This document shows positions 24,871 through 38,036 of a DNA stretch of 64,000 bases, in pieces. The stretch covers positions 1 through 64,000 of the forward strand of contig NW_003314366.1 of the NCBI RefSeq assembly GCF_000143415.4. Reading direction: 5' to 3'. The DNA is from Selaginella moellendorffii (lineage: Eukaryota; Plantae; Lycopodiophyta). The notes under the pieces are model-generated. The model searched no databases and had not been told where the DNA came from. It saw only the letters and a program-made list of their open reading frames with translations. The translations under genes were made by a program, and so were the position numbers. Numbering within the stretch: the first letter of the stretch is position 1; every line of letters begins with the position of its first letter.

Positions 24871-25647
24871 CTAGATCACCAAAGGTACTTCTTCCTTTCC
24901 TGTCTTTTTGTCACTCTTCACCGAGAGTAAGCACAAAAAGGCTGCCTTAGTTCCTTTGGTGAGTTGTCCTCTTGTAGACATCAGGTTTAAACAGGAATCT
25001 TTGGCCTTACTTTGCCCTACCTTTAGATCCTGGGCCTCCACCCTAGATCTTCTTCCTTGGGCATTTGCCAGTACCACAAGGTTCCTACCTTGTCCATGCA
25101 GGGCTACCACGAACCGATTAAACCAATCCATTCCGAAGATCACGTCAAATCCCGCCATGTCCAACACGGTGAAATCCATGTCTACTTTCCATGTCCCTAC
25201 TTCGACTCTCGCTTGTCGAAGTACCTCATCGGTGCTTTGGCTACCTTGAACAAACTCTGTAGTCCTTGGTTCGCCTAGCCGCTGCACCGTTAGTCCGGCT
25301 TGCCAGACTATGTTTGCAGCCACAAAATTATCCGAAGCACCCGTGTCAATAAGGATCTTAACAAAGCTGCCTCCGAGCTTCCCTCGGAGGGCTAGTAGAT
25401 GTCGCGAACGACTCTTTACCAAAGTTGCTCGTGTAATGAGTAACTTTGAGTTAGGGACTGGATCACATACCTCAGTTTGGACTTCACCTGACTTGATGGC
25501 CATATTGGCTCTGGCCTTCTTCGGGTAGGGACATTCCCTCGAAAAGTGTCCCGCTTCACCGCAGTTGTAGCATACGTTGTTTCCCACGCTGCTAAACGAC
25601 TTGACCTTCTTATCAGTGGTTTGTCTCTTTTCGCTTGACTTCCCCAC
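24871..25647 (-). CDS. Gag zinc knuckle plus aspartic protease (frameshifted from gag)
   Basis: CYNCGEAGHFSREC; ILIDTGASDNF; FDVIFGMDW. Confidence 0.88.
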   Translation of the reverse strand: MGKSSEKRQTTDKKVKSFSSVGNNVCYNCGEAGHFSRECPYPKKARANMAIKSGEVQTEVCDPVPNSKLLITRATLVKSRSRHLLALRGKLGGSFVKILIDTGASDNFVAANIVWQAGLTVQRLGEPRTTEFVQGSQSTDEVLRQARVEVGTWKVDMDFTVLDMAGFDVIFGMDWFNRFVVALHGQGRNLVVLANAQGRRSRVEAQDLKVGQSKAKDSCLNLMSTRGQLTKGTKAAFLCLLSVKSDKKTGKEEVPLVI

Positions 25648-26669
25648 GTACTCGCTCGCTGGTCACCGGATTTGCCTTTCCGGAACCCCGAGGACTCATT
25701 CTTAGAGAAACTCTTCTTGAATTTCCCCTTGCTATATGTTCCCCTCGGTTTGGCCCCTTTGTGAAACGTGGATCCCGACCCTGTCGTGTTCCCCTTTCGC
25801 AGGTTATCGTTGAAATGCACCTTGATGGCCGCATCCAACGCTTCCTTGTAGTTGGTCGGGTTCCAGCGCATCACCTCACCGCGAGCCCAGGTTTGCAAAC
25901 CTGATATAAAGGCATGGAACGCATCCATATCCCCCATGTCCGTGACAAGTATCCTCTTTGCCATGAACCCATTCACATATTCCTGGATGGTTCCAGTCTG
26001 CTTCAGCCTACTCAGCTCATCTCTCAGATGCAGAGTGGCATTCGGAGGAACGTATGTTGCGCGGATCCTCGCCTTCATCATGTCCCAAGTGGCCACCGGT
26101 CCTTCGTTGGCTTCTGTTGTTCTCCACCAAGACTTGGCATTATCTGCCAAGTATGGTTTCGCACATGGGACCTTCTCCGAGCTCGGTAACCGCAACGCTC
26201 GGAAGTAGTCCTCCATATCATAAAACCAATCCTCCACAACCTTATAGTCGTTCACTCCCTTGAACACCGGTGGGGGCTTTGGTTTGTACTTGGGAACTGC
26301 CTGAGGGACTGATTCCACTTCGGTCTGTTCGACCTTGTCTGGTTTTGCCTCAGTCCCTGCCGAAGGGTCCGCACCTTCTGCGCTGCCAGCATCCGCAGTC
26401 TTTCGCTTTTTCTTCCGCTTCTCATCACGCTTTAACTTGCGTACGAGAGTCTCCAGCAGGGCATTGGTCTGTGCCAACTGTCCTTCTAGCACGTCCAATC
26501 GAGCCTTGGACGACCGAACCTCGCCACCGGACTCCTGTTTGGAAGTTTCCTCACTGGAGTCCTCCTCATGCAAGGATTCCTCATCCATAGCCTCTTGTTC
26601 AACCGGAGGCTCCAGCTCTGGCGGAGGTTCCATCTCCGCCTGGGTTCGCTTACGCCCTGCCCTTGCCAT
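25416..26669 (-). CDS. gag: Ty3/Gypsy Gag (capsid)
   Basis: PPVFKG..VEDWFYDMEDYF, LADNAKSWW and LSRLKQTGTIQEYVNGF retrotrans_gag motifs. Confidence 0.88.
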   Translation of the reverse strand: MARAGRKRTQAEMEPPPELEPPVEQEAMDEESLHEEDSSEETSKQESGGEVRSSKARLDVLEGQLAQTNALLETLVRKLKRDEKRKKKRKTADAGSAEGADPSAGTEAKPDKVEQTEVESVPQAVPKYKPKPPPVFKGVNDYKVVEDWFYDMEDYFRALRLPSSEKVPCAKPYLADNAKSWWRTTEANEGPVATWDMMKARIRATYVPPNATLHLRDELSRLKQTGTIQEYVNGFMAKRILVTDMGDMDAFHAFISGLQTWARGEVMRWNPTNYKEALDAAIKVHFNDNLRKGNTTGSGSTFHKGAKPRGTYSKGKFKKSFSKNESSGFRKGKSGDQRASTWGSQAKRDKPLIRRSSRLAAWETTYATTAVKRDTFRGNVPTRRRPEPIWPSSQVKSKLRYVIQSLTQSYSLHEQLW

Positions 26670-27706
26670 CTCCCAGCAATCCGCCTCTATCCTTCGCTAG
26701 AACTGAGGAAAAGGCTCCGATACCAAATTGTAAGCCACAAATTTTTCCTTTCCAATTTGCTAGCTTACCTCGTCTATCCGTCCGACACTGCCTTGGCTTT
26801 TGCTAAGTTCCCTCGCCAAGGTTCTCGCCTATGGTACTAACTCCTTACTTGGTCCTACTTGCTTTCAGCTACTCACTGCACGAGCAATGGAGCATTAGCC
26901 ATCCATCCTCGGATTCCCAATTCTCTCCCAATCCCCCTCCCCGGGTTAGACTAGACTTAAGGTTCGGCTACACTCCCTGCAGGCACAAGCAGCCAAACAC
27001 ACCAAGCCTCCAGGTTCCTAACACCCCTTGGTACAACAAGACTTGATCATAGGACCCTCTAAATCCCAAGCCTTGGGTGCAGCACTTGCTTCGGGACGTC
27101 AGGGCGAAACACCGTGGCCTAACGGCCCGGTATGGGTACCTCTACCCCCCCACTTCCATCCTGAAGGAAGGCCCAAGCCCCTAGGAAGGGCGAGGACCAA
27201 TGAGCCGCATGGTACTCAAGTGGGGCACCACTCCACATGAGCCGGGAGCACCGCAATCGGTTTCCCTTTCGGGAGTGGGAGCTGCTCTTGAGCACTTCCT
27301 TGGATGGCCCCTCCGGCACCAACCAAGTCTATACTCACTCCCACCCAAGGCCCCTTGGTCCCAGTCCCAACCTCAAGTCGGTTTGGGAGCCCCACTGGAG
27401 AGTCCCTTCTAAACTGGTTCCTGGACCTCACTATCCCTACTATACTTTTGGAACCCCCTGTAGCCCCCCCCCCCCCCTGGGAGACGCACGCTTTGGGCTT
27501 TCACCCCTTGACCCGTATTAGTATTTGGACTTAGTCTCTGGCTCGATCTCGGACCCGATTTCGGATCTGACTTCGGATTCGGTCTCGGACTCGATCTCAG
27601 ACTCAATCTCGGACCCGATCTCGGACCCGACCTCGGACTCGACCTTGGACTCGGTCTCGGACCTGATTTCGGATCTCGGACTCCGTCTCGAACTCCATCT
27701 CGAACT

Positions 27707-30700
27707 TTGTTGTTGGCAAAACTAGCATCTGTGTAGCATGCCAATGAAGCATCACCCCTTGAATAAGCAATGCCATAGTCCATAGTGCCCTGGGGGTATT
27801 TCACAATATGCTTGGCAGCTTGCCAATGTATGGTGGTTGGTGATGTGTTGTATTGACTCAAGGCAATAGTAGCATATGTGGGGCGAGTCATCAAGGCCAA
27901 ATATGTGAGGCAACCAATGAGATGCCGATAGGGATTCCCAGTGGGTAGAGGCTCACCAGACTGCTCAACTGTGAGGTCGATAGCACCAACGACCATCGGG
28001 GTCTTGACGGGGTGGCAATCACGCATACCAAACCGATCTAGCAAGACTTCGACTTTACATCGTTGGCTGCATGTAGCCACCAGACTCAACGTGTGACTTC
28101 AAAGCCAAGAAAGTAGGAGACTTGGCCAAGGTCCTTCATCTGGAATTGCTGGCTGAGAGCAGCTTTCAGAGCAGCAATGGCATCGGTGTCATCACCCATG
28201 ATGAGCAAATCATCAACATAGAGGGCCACAATAAGTATGTGCTCAGCATGACCATTCACATACACATTGTGATCAGCATGACAGTGACGAAAGCCTTGAG
28301 CGCGTAGGGTGGCATCAAATTTTTTATACCAAATACAGGAGCTCTATTTTAGGCCATACAAAGCTTTCCGCAATTGCCATATAGGGCCACCAGGGGCAAC
28401 ATCGTCCTCAAAACCAGGAGGTATATGCATATAGATGTCCTCTTGCAAATCCCCATTCAAAAATGCAGTTTTGACGTCCATATAGTGGACTTGCCATTTG
28501 TGAGCAGCTGCAAGTGCAAAAAGAGTACGGAGGTTGGCCATTTTTACAACTGGTGAGAATGTTTCGTTGTAGTCAAGGCCATGGACTTGGCGAAAACCAT
28601 GAACAACCAACCGTGCCTTATAACATACAACCTGACCATCTTTCCCATACTTTTTGGAAAAAATCCATTTTGGATCCAAAACACGTCATCCCAATGGCGT
28701 TGAATCAATTGGAACATAAGTTCCGTTAACCTGAATGGAAGAAACTTCTTCCGCAATAGCTTCCATCCAAGATGAAGCCTCAGGTCCTGAGATGGCCTCA
28801 TCATAGGTCATGGAGATGCTGACGTCAACAAGGACACAAAAGTCATCAAGCTTTGCAGCATCTGCTTCAGCATTTTCCCGGACTTTCAACGAGGGCCGAC
28901 GTTCCCGGGGGTGATCAAGAACTGGCATCGGATCAGGCATGCCATGACGTCAACAAGGTGGTGGAGGTGTTGGAGGCCTGTCCTCGACTGGAGGAGCATC
29001 AGCTGGTTCAAGCATGTCCAGAAGTGGAGGATTCCCTAGTGGAATCTCTGGTGGCAACTCATGAATAGGATCTTGAGGTGGAGGCAAGAGTGGACCATCT
29101 CCCATAAGTGGATCAAAGGAACAAGTCAAGTCTCAGCAATGAAAGAAGGATCTTGAGGCAGAGGCAAGAGTGGACCATTTCCCATAAGTGGATCAAAGGA
29201 ACAAGTCGAGTCTCAGCAATGAAAGAAGGATCTTGAAGAGCCTTTGTACGCATGGGAAAGTCGTCTTCATTGAACATGACATCTGTGCTTACAAGAGTCT
29301 TGTGAGATGCAAGATCCCATAATTTGTAAGTTTTTCTCCCGATGGTGTCGTCCTGTGCATATCCAGATGAATTTTTTACTTTTGGGATTTAGCTTTTTCC
29401 GAAGTTGATCAGGGGTATGTGAATATGCTGCACAACTGAAGACCTGAAAGTGGGACACATTAGGAGTAGAACCTGTCCAAAATGCCTCAAGGGTTTTTCC
29501 ATCCAAAGCAGCCGTGGCAAGGCAATTTTGTACATGCATTGCTGTGGCTATAGCCTCTTGCCAAAACATCTTGTCAAGATGTGCATCAGCTAACAAAGTG
29601 TGAGCAGCATTAACAAGAGTGCGATTCTTCCTTTCTACAACACCATTTTGCTGGGGGGTGTAGCGGGCTGTGGCTTGCAGTTGTATGCTTACATCATGAC
29701 AGATGCCCCGAAGATCATTGTTGAGGTATTCACCACCACCATCAACTTGAAGAGATTTTATCTTTCGACCAAGGAGGTTTTCAACATAGGCCTTGTACGT
29801 TTGAAAGGCAACAACTGCATCACTTTTACGCATCAAGAAGTGGATGCATGTTCGACGGCTATAGTCATCAATAAATGTGATGAAATATCTTGCCCCATTG
29901 TGACTTGGCACGTCCATGGGGCCGCAAAGATCAGAATGGACCAAGTCCAGAAGTTAAGTGCTCGATGCTTACTCGGCGAGAAATTCTGATGGTGATGCTT
30001 GCCTAAAATGCAAGCTTCACAAAATGTAGATGGGATACGTCGGAAATCCAATCCAGTAACAATATCTTGGGATTTCATCCGTTGAAGAGATTGGTAATGA
30101 ACATGACCAAGTCTTTTATGCCAAAGCTCCGCACAAGAATCTACCTCCACAGTCTGAAAGGCTTGAACCGGGTCAGCAGCAATAATCTCATACAAGTCCC
30201 CAATGCATGACCCACAAAGCAATTGTGTCCCAAGCATATAAAAGTTGCTAGAGTCAACCAAAGAGACTCCCTTTGCATCAAAGATTACCACTACATTTTG
30301 ATCATATATCTTGGCGACAAACATTAAGTTTCGTCGCAAAGTGGAAACGCGCATGGCACCATCAAAGGCCATGGTCCTCCCATGATCAAGTGAGAGCCAA
30401 AATTGCCCAATGCCTTCTACGGGATAATGGTATTGTCACCTAAATGAACACCATGTTTTCCAATACTTGGCTGATAACACTCAAAAAGACTCTTCTTATT
30501 GCTCATAAGATTAATACAACCAAAGTCTAAGAGCCACCGGCTTGGTGCTGCAATTGCCTCTGCGTTGTAGAGCTCCTCAGCAGCCTCATTTGCTGTAGCA
30601 ATTCCATCATGCTCGAGTAGATTGGCTTTTGCCGGCGTAGCTAGTCGCTTGACAGGCTTGGGAGCAAGGCAATCTCAAGCCCAGTGGCCCATCTCCAAGC

Positions 30701-31517
30701 AGCGAGCACACTGATTCTTAGCAAGTCTGGGCTTGGCACGCCTAGATGCCATGGAATTTTACCCTTTCTGGGCATTTGCAGCTGCATGCAGTTTTGCCAC
30801 CTTGGCATCACCAGAAGCCTGCGAAGCATACATAACCTGCGGCATTTCAGCTCTCTTGCTTCGCATGGCCTCAATGTTGTGAAGACTCCTCATGGCATTT
30901 GCCCAAGTCATCCCTGGTTGGAGAAGCAGGCTCTCAACTGTATTCTTCCAGCTAGCTGGCAAGGACCTGTAGAGCTGCAGCCTCTACTACTCATCTGTGA
31001 GATAGTGTTTCACCCCAACAGCCACAAGTTGTGTGAAGAAGCCTTGGAGTTCGGCAGTGTGAGTCTGGATACTGCCATTTTCCTCTAGCCTCAAGGAATC
31101 CATTTGTGAATGGATGTTGAAGACATCCATTTCACTCTTGGTGCCATAGGTGTCACTCAGCCACTTCCAAAGCTCTACCGTAGTGGACTTTGGAATCGAT
31201 GGGGCAGCAAAGAGAACATTCGAGGACAAGCACATCACAATACTCCCTCTAGCCTTGGAATCCCGAAGGTTCCAATCACGCACCTCGGCAGCGCTAAAGC
31301 CTAGAGCCGGTGATGACTCTGTCCCATCTACAATCCCCAACAAACCATGAAACAAGAGATAGGATTCAAGATGGATCTTGAATCCCTCAAACCCTTCTCC
31401 ATCAAACTTGCGGATGGATGGCTTTCCTTCCATAGTGCTATTCCAGCTCTGATACCATGAGTAGCAGACAGAATAGGAAAACCCTAATGGACATGTGGCG
31501 AGGTGTGTCATGTAACA
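27707..31517 (-). mobile_element. Degenerate Ty1/Copia element (gag, PR, GAG-pre-integrase, rve, RT, RH start)
   Basis: PBS at 31446-31457; LWHKRLGH, HSDLCGP, YTPQQNGVVERKNRTL, YKARLV, MDVKTAFLNGDL, LRKALYGLK, CYTDASFA; many stops and frameshifts. Confidence 0.93.
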
Positions 31518-32155
31518 AGCTCCAGTGTCGCCATATCTCCTTCACACCTTCAGACACCACAGTTTTCAATCTTTGCACCTGTAGATAAAGCTCAGTAACA
31601 GAGAAAAGAAACTGGCGAAGGTCCTTACTAGTGCATCTACTGTGTAGCTGCCAAGATGCCCGCGAGCATGCTTCATCTTGCAGTATGTGCAAGCACCCAA
31701 GCAGCCAACGTTGATAGGAATGATCTCGACAAACTTGTTCTTACGAACCTGAAAACACAACAGCAAAAGAGATTATAAACTTTTGGCAAATCAAGAGACG
31801 GTAAAGCATCCCGTTGAAGCAGCCAGGCCTCGTGGCCTTTCAAAGTCTCCCCTGCTGTATTTGCTGCACTCCGATGACGCTGATGGCTTCGAGATCTTTT
31901 AAACCCTGAGGAACGCATCCAGCTATCCACCAAGGGAATAGAGGCCGCTTTGCCTTTACATATCAGTGTTTCCATTGTCGGAGCTTTCAGAGTACACCTG
32001 CGAATAAGACAGCAGCAACAAGTTGATCCAGCTTAAGATTCTTCCTTCTGATACTGAACTTACGTGTTGATCAGCCAAAGATCAGCTCTCTGAGGAGAGT
32101 CCGAGATGGCCATAAGCCTGAAGCTGTCCTGCCATATACTCACAGCCGCTCTGAA
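31518..32155 (-). pseudogene. CDKAL1: CDKAL1/MtaB tRNA methylthiotransferase 5' fragment (mirror copy)
   Basis: Reverse complement of 42029-42666. Confidence 0.8.
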
Positions 32156-32390
32156 TGAGTAGTCAACATTAGTTCTTTTCTACGTGAACCTACTCCAGTT
32201 TACCTGCCCGAATGCAGGTAAACTCAGTAAAGTCTACACCATTTCACAGATTCAGCTGAACATACCTCAATGCCAGTTTCAGGTGTTTTCTATCAACCTC
32301 ACATCGAATGCAGTCGAAGCTCGCCTCGCACAATGTCCCATTCTACGGCTAGAACCCTAAAAAACAGAGTACCTAGGTTAGGGTTCCGCC

Positions 32391-35048
32391 ATGGTGCGAG
32401 AGCAGTCTCATGGGAAGCCGCCAAGGGCGGATGGGGAAGAATTGGAATCAGCTATCAGGGCTGGGAAGCGGCAAAGGGCGGATGGGCCTGAGCGATCGAT
32501 TCAGCAGCAGATTGAGGAAGTGGAATCGGAGATCAGGGCCGTGCAACAAGCGATTGAGCTGGTTGAGCAGAAGGTGGAGCGCGCTGACCAGAAGGTGGAT
32601 TCCACGCAGGGTGAGCTTCAGAAGCACTGGATGGAGAAGGAGAAGCAGCTCCGTGATGAGAAGAAGCAGCTCCGTGATGAGGAGAAGCAGCTCCGTCAGC
32701 AGCTCATTCCCTTTAGTGGAGTTGATTGGTCAAACGCCCGTGATCGGATTGCCAAGCTGAAGGAGCTCTTTGGACCTCGTCTTAAGCATGCCCGCATGTA
32801 CAGAAAATGCCTTGAAAGGGATTCATTATCTTCTTTGCCAACTGGCTTGTCTCTGAAGGACATCGGGCAGCAGTTTCCCATTGTTGGACGAGAGAAGACT
32901 GTGGATGCATTGCTCAGGGGTAACTGGCTGTTGTACAAGCAATTCATGAGCAATCAACACACAGACTGGGATGTGTTTAGGCGCCTCCACCATATAATGG
33001 GTGTGGTTGGATTCCCGGGTGCGGGAAAAACATCATTTGGCAAGGCACTCCCACAAATACTCATTGAGATGAGAAGGCAACAGAGTGATCCAGGGCTAAG
33101 GATTCAACAACTTGCCTCGCTTTTCGATACATCAATCGATGAGGTGCGACCGTGGGATGCCATGATGAGCACCGTTGAACATCTCGACGTGGTCATGTAC
33201 CATGATTTTATTTCAACTTTCATTGGCGAGGCCGGGCTGGGTGATGCTCAGGTTTTGGCCCTGAGGACTTTGCATGCAGCTGTTTCTAGAGCAGATGGCC
33301 AAGATAACATCAGAAAAGATACTGGGACTTGGACGTGTTTTTTTTACCAAGAGCTTGTCGCTGTTGTTGATGCCAAAGCACCTGATTTGAAGAAGTTCCT
33401 CCTGTTTGATGACGTGATAGCTTTGTTGCGAGAAGTCTGCGAGCTCGGAGACCAAAACATTTTCCTGTCGTTCTTCTTTGATGAGATTGGGAGGAACAAC
33501 GTCCTTGTTCAGAAAGTGTTTCGGGAGTTCATAGTTTGGAAGTACAGCAACGTGGGTGGCAAAACGTTTGTCACTATGCTCGGAGCGACCAACCTTTTCA
33601 CAGCGGCATCTTTGAGAGAGAGCGGTGACACTGGATCATCTGAAGTGATTTATATTCCTGTCAACCCTCTCAGCAGCAGCGATCGGGAGAAGCTGGTGTT
33701 GCAAGTCTTTAACAAGGTGCTGAGGACTTCAAACCGTGAAGAACTTCACGCTTTAAATGATGGCATGCAGCTGTTGTGCAAGCTGAGCGGAGGGAATCCG
33801 AGGTTGATTACCTTCATGGTTCAGGCTTTGGCTTCAGATGACCCAGACATGGCCCTTGACATTGACAACCTTGCGCTGAGAATTCAGGAGCCCTTCCTGA
33901 GAGACAAAGTAAGGCGGATTCTGGATCGTGTGTGGAGCCTATGCAGAAGATTCGAGTATTACAATGGCTTTGCCGGGGATGAGAGATTTTCTTATTTCTT
34001 ACGAGCAATTCAAGCATCGATGCTTCGTGAGCATGTCTCAAGGAATGGACCGGTTCTGCTGCAGGCCTTTCCAAGAGAGAATGTTTTGACATGGGAAGCT
34101 CTGGAGAGTTGTGGAGTAGTGGCTGTGGTTCTTGACGAAGAAAAGGCTCTGGTGGAGTTTTCACCTGTGTTACTGCATAAGCTAACACTCCAGCGGGAGG
34201 ACCTTTTTGGCTCTACAACTTTTGATTTGACAACAATGTCAACGGATGATTGGAAGCAGAAGGAAGACAACGATTTGGTGTCTCTGATCTTCAGCATCTA
34301 CATTCATAAGGTATGTGAATTCTACGTTCATAGTCTTTCATAGTCTCGGTTACTAACATGTTATTTGCAGTTACTATCGGGGGGTTCAGACACCTTCATG
34401 CTGGCGGACGTGTTGCCTTGCGATTGGTACATCCCTGACAATCTGAAGAACCGAAAGTTCAGGTTCCCCACTTTTCCAGTTTCAATCAAGCAACTGAGTC
34501 CAGGTATGTTCTTGTTTTTAGTTTTTTGGTTTCGGATCAAACACAGTAGTCCAGGCTCAAAGGAGGAGGTTCAAAGGTCAGGGACTTGGGCCATGTGTGG
34601 ACCTCGGAACAGCGGGGCTGATACCTTCCTGATACTCGAGGAAGTAAAAGGCATTGATTTGGAGCCATTTCTTTTGTACATCCAAAGCAAGTGCTCTGGA
34701 GACCCTCTTAAGCCAGCCATTGCGGATTGGTCGGAAGTCGTTCGAAATGTTAAGAGTGACGTCCGAAGACTGATTGCTATCAAGGACAATGAGCAGCCTG
34801 GCGATGAAAGTAAGTCCATACGTTATACATTTTTTGTTTATTTTTAATTTTTGTTTTTTGTAGAGTATGCTCGAACGAACTTTGGATACGTATTTTTCTC
34901 GGACAAGGACAATTCATCAGCTCTCTCATATCAAAAGTCTAATCCGATGGATATATACGCCTCGAGTGTTATTATCGGCTCCAATTTTGGTATGATCGAG
35001 CAGATTGCAGCTGTAAGGCATACCAAAAAGTGTACGAGAGAGATGTGA
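32391..35048 (+). CDS. Coiled coil + STAND-like P-loop NTPase + PD-(D/E)xK-like nuclease (Crinkler-type), multi-exon
   Basis: 650-aa first frame with GVVGFPGAGKT, FFFDEIG and SGGNPRLI; intron GT at 34311 to AG at 34370; downstream NSGADTFLILE..LLYIQSK. Confidence 0.75.
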
Positions 35049-35881
35049 TCACCAGTATTTAGTGGTAAAGGAGGCTTTCCAGGTGCGATTCAGCTAGACT
35101 TTGATACCAAGAGAGTCTTACGATTCTGGTTTTCCTTTGGTAGGTGACTGGATTCTCTATTGGTGACAGTAAGGGAAACGGCATAGATAATGTGTTGACG
35201 TTGAGTGCACAACAATCCATATTTAAGTTTATTTAAGAAATTTAGTTTAAAAAGTCATAATTATTATTATTTCAGTTATTTTAAATTCATGTATAGTCAT
35301 ATATAGTAAATCCATATATATGTATTTAGCCTGAGCTTAGGTGTCTCTCTTAAAACATTTCCTTCTCTTCTGTTTGATTATTTACAAGCAGCCATGTAAG
35401 TACTTCATTTGATTGATATCTTTTAGATTTCTTGCTCTTATAGTTGGCATATTAAATTACATCCACGGATGTAACAAAGTTTCTCTTTTGACCGTTGAAT
35501 TTTTGTCAAAAGTTCCAAAGTGGAATGGTTATATCAATAGAAGTTGAGACTACTCGAGAATAAGTAGTGGGATTGAGATAGAGGAAGAGTCTCAAACAAG
35601 TTTAGCGAGAACTAAACCAATGAAAGGGAGAGAACCACCACAGGTGGTCGATCGAGTCTTTATGTTAAAGAGACCATGCTTCTTGGAGGATGGACAACAC
35701 ATAATGAGCCTTCGGTGTCAAACTATTGACAAATATTGGCTAGGTGCCAAAGATGGAAAGGGTAATACATGCTAGTATTACTTTATAAAATAATTTATCG
35801 TTCAATGAAGACATCGAACTTCATCTATAGGTGGTGGAGTTGTGAGACACAAATCCCTAAGCCCCAAAGTGGAGCTAAAAG

Positions 35882-36460
35882 GAGTCCAGTGGTTGCGTTG
35901 TGGAGAGCCATCCCGCGAGCTGTCGGCATGTGTCACCGATGTCGAGGGAGCGGCACCATTTTAACGGAATACACGCTTTTCCAGAAGTCGTGTGTGGAGT
36001 TCAGGGTTGAAACTCACATATTCACGATCAGAAGGAAGAGCGGAATCCAACGGTATATTCCGTTTTGACTCGGTCAACAGGGATACAGTCGGAATATTGG
36101 GGAATATTCCATACTGACGGTTGACTCTGCGTTGACCGTGCGTTGACTCGAGATGGGGGTGGCCTGGAGTGACTTGGGACATACCTGAAGTCCATTGGCC
36201 AGACCCTGGGAGTCATCGGGTACGCGGAGAGGGATGCAAACATGTGCTTCTGTGTCTTGAAAAGTGCGGTACAAGACATGGCTAGGCTCGCGGAGGGAGC
36301 TTAGCCCTGACCAGGAACGAACCGAGGTTTGGGGAGCATCTCCAGCACGTAATCACTCGGGGGAGTGTGTCTGCGGGAGCTTCATCCATCACCTGTTTAA
36401 GGTTTAGGATGTCCCCCAAGCCTAGCTGCGTGTAAGGCAGCTTGAAGGCGAGGGGGGCCT
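35882..36460 (-). mobile_element. Inverted copy of the PLE 3' part
   Basis: Reverse complement of 37420-38010 with a 12-bp deletion and SNPs. Confidence 0.9.
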
Positions 36461-38036
36461 TCCGAAAATACACAAGCAGCCAATAAAGGGCCGGCCCATT
36501 GCAAGCTACATTGGGACTTTGTGGGAGCCTCTCGCGTGTTAGCTTCACCGCCAGCTCTACGACATCCTGCTGAAGCAGCCAACGTTTCTTTCCGACTTGC
36601 GCATGCTGCTGCAGGACCTCCTCCACCTATAGCTCCCGTGGGACTGCTGGCTCTTCACGTTCGATGTAGAGAGCCTCTACCCAAGCATCCCCACACGAGA
36701 AGGTCTCCAACGCCTCCGCGACTTTGTGTTTGCCGAGTACGGCAACACCACAAGCTTGCGGTTCCTCATGGCTGCGGCTGCCCTCGTCCTGGAGCACAAC
36801 TATGTGGAGTTCGACAGTAACATCTACCAGCAGATCTGTGGCACAGCAATGGGCTCCAACTTCGAGGTGGTCTACGCTTGCCTCTTCCTCTGCTCTCTCG
36901 AAGCCGAGTACAAGCATGCCACCAACGACTGGCCCTTCTATCTACGAAGGTACATAAATGACGGAGTGGGCATTTGGACAGGTACACGAGCAGGTCTCGA
37001 ACGATGGCTCCGAGGATACAGCACGCTGTGTCCTTCGATCAAGATCACCTCGGTGATCTCGCTCGAAGAGTTGGATATCCTCGATATCCACTTCTTCAAA
37101 GGCCCTCGCTTTGAAGAGACAGGCTGCCTCGACTCGTCCACGTTCCAGAAGCCGCTCAATGCCTACCAGTACCTTCCCTGGACGTCGGTTCACCCATGGC
37201 ACCAGAAAGTGGCATTCATCCGCAGCGAGCTCCACAGATACCTCCTCCGCGAGAGCACGGCCGATGGATTCCACGCCATGCGCACGCGGTTCTACCACCG
37301 CCTCCGTGCCCGGGGATACCCGATTTCCTTCCTCCATCACTGCTTCTCCGGCATCTCCTACGACCAGCGACATCAAGCTCTCCTCGCACGTTCGCGCCAT
37401 TCTAGCGATGCCTGTCGACAGGCCCCCCTCGCCTTCAAGCTGCCTTACACACTCCACAGTGCGCAGCTAGGCTTGGGGGACATCCTAAACCCTAAACAGG
37501 TGATGGATGAAGCTCCCGCAGACACACTCCCCCGAGTGATTACGTGCTGGAGATGCTCCCCAAACCTCGGTTCGTTCCTGGTCAGGGCTAAGCTCCCTCC
37601 GCGAGCCTAGCCATGTCTTGTACCGCACTTTTCAAGACACAGAAGCACATGTTTGCATCCCTCTCCGCGTACCCGATGACTCCCAGGGTCTGGCCAATGG
37701 ACTTCAGGTATGTCCCAAGTCACTCCAGGCCACCCCCATCTCGAGTCAACGCACGGTCAACGCGTAGTCAACGGTCAGAATGGAATATTCCCCAATATTC
37801 CGACTGTATCCCTGTTGACCGAGTCAAAACGGAATATACCGTTGGATTCCGCTCTTCCTTCTGATCGTGAATATGTGAGTTTCAACCCTGAACTCCACAC
37901 ACGACTCGTGGAAAAGCGTGTATTCCGTTAAAATGGTGCCGCTCCCTCGACATCGGCGACACATGCCGACAGCTCGCGGGATGGCTCTCCCCAACGCAAC
38001 CACTGGACTCCGGGTATGTATGAGTGACCTCAGGCC
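36461..38036 (+). mobile_element. 5'-truncated Penelope-like element, RT pseudogene with no GIY-YIG domain
   Basis: In frame from 36462: PKIHK, RPIAS, FDVESLYPSI, YQQICGTAMGS, RYINDG (D>N), LDILDI, TFQKP..YLPWTSVHP, NLGSFLVRAK*; two upstream in-frame TAG stops. Confidence 0.92.

Larger units (their letters stand above)
23098..27706 (-). mobile_element. Gypsy family A, non-autonomous chromovirus-like element (gag, protease, chromodomain remnant; no RT/RH/IN)
   Basis: 5' LTR 26729-27706 (truncated), PBS 26714-26725, PPT next to the 3' LTR start at 24137; 3' LTR 23098-24137; chromodomain-like EEYKVEAILNAR..EFHVKWK near 24660-24750. Confidence 0.85.

Noticed and set aside
25600-25660. Programmed gag-protease frameshift
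   Set aside because: The homologous fragment at 45961-46030 reads through in frame (..AKRNKPMDKKVKS), so the shift is a 1-bp loss in this copy
29068-29240. About 80-bp tandem duplication
   Set aside because: Ordinary duplication in the Copia integrase-RT linker
36726-37610. Active PLE reverse transcriptase
   Set aside because: 5'-truncated, two in-frame stops upstream, and catalytic YIDD reads YIND
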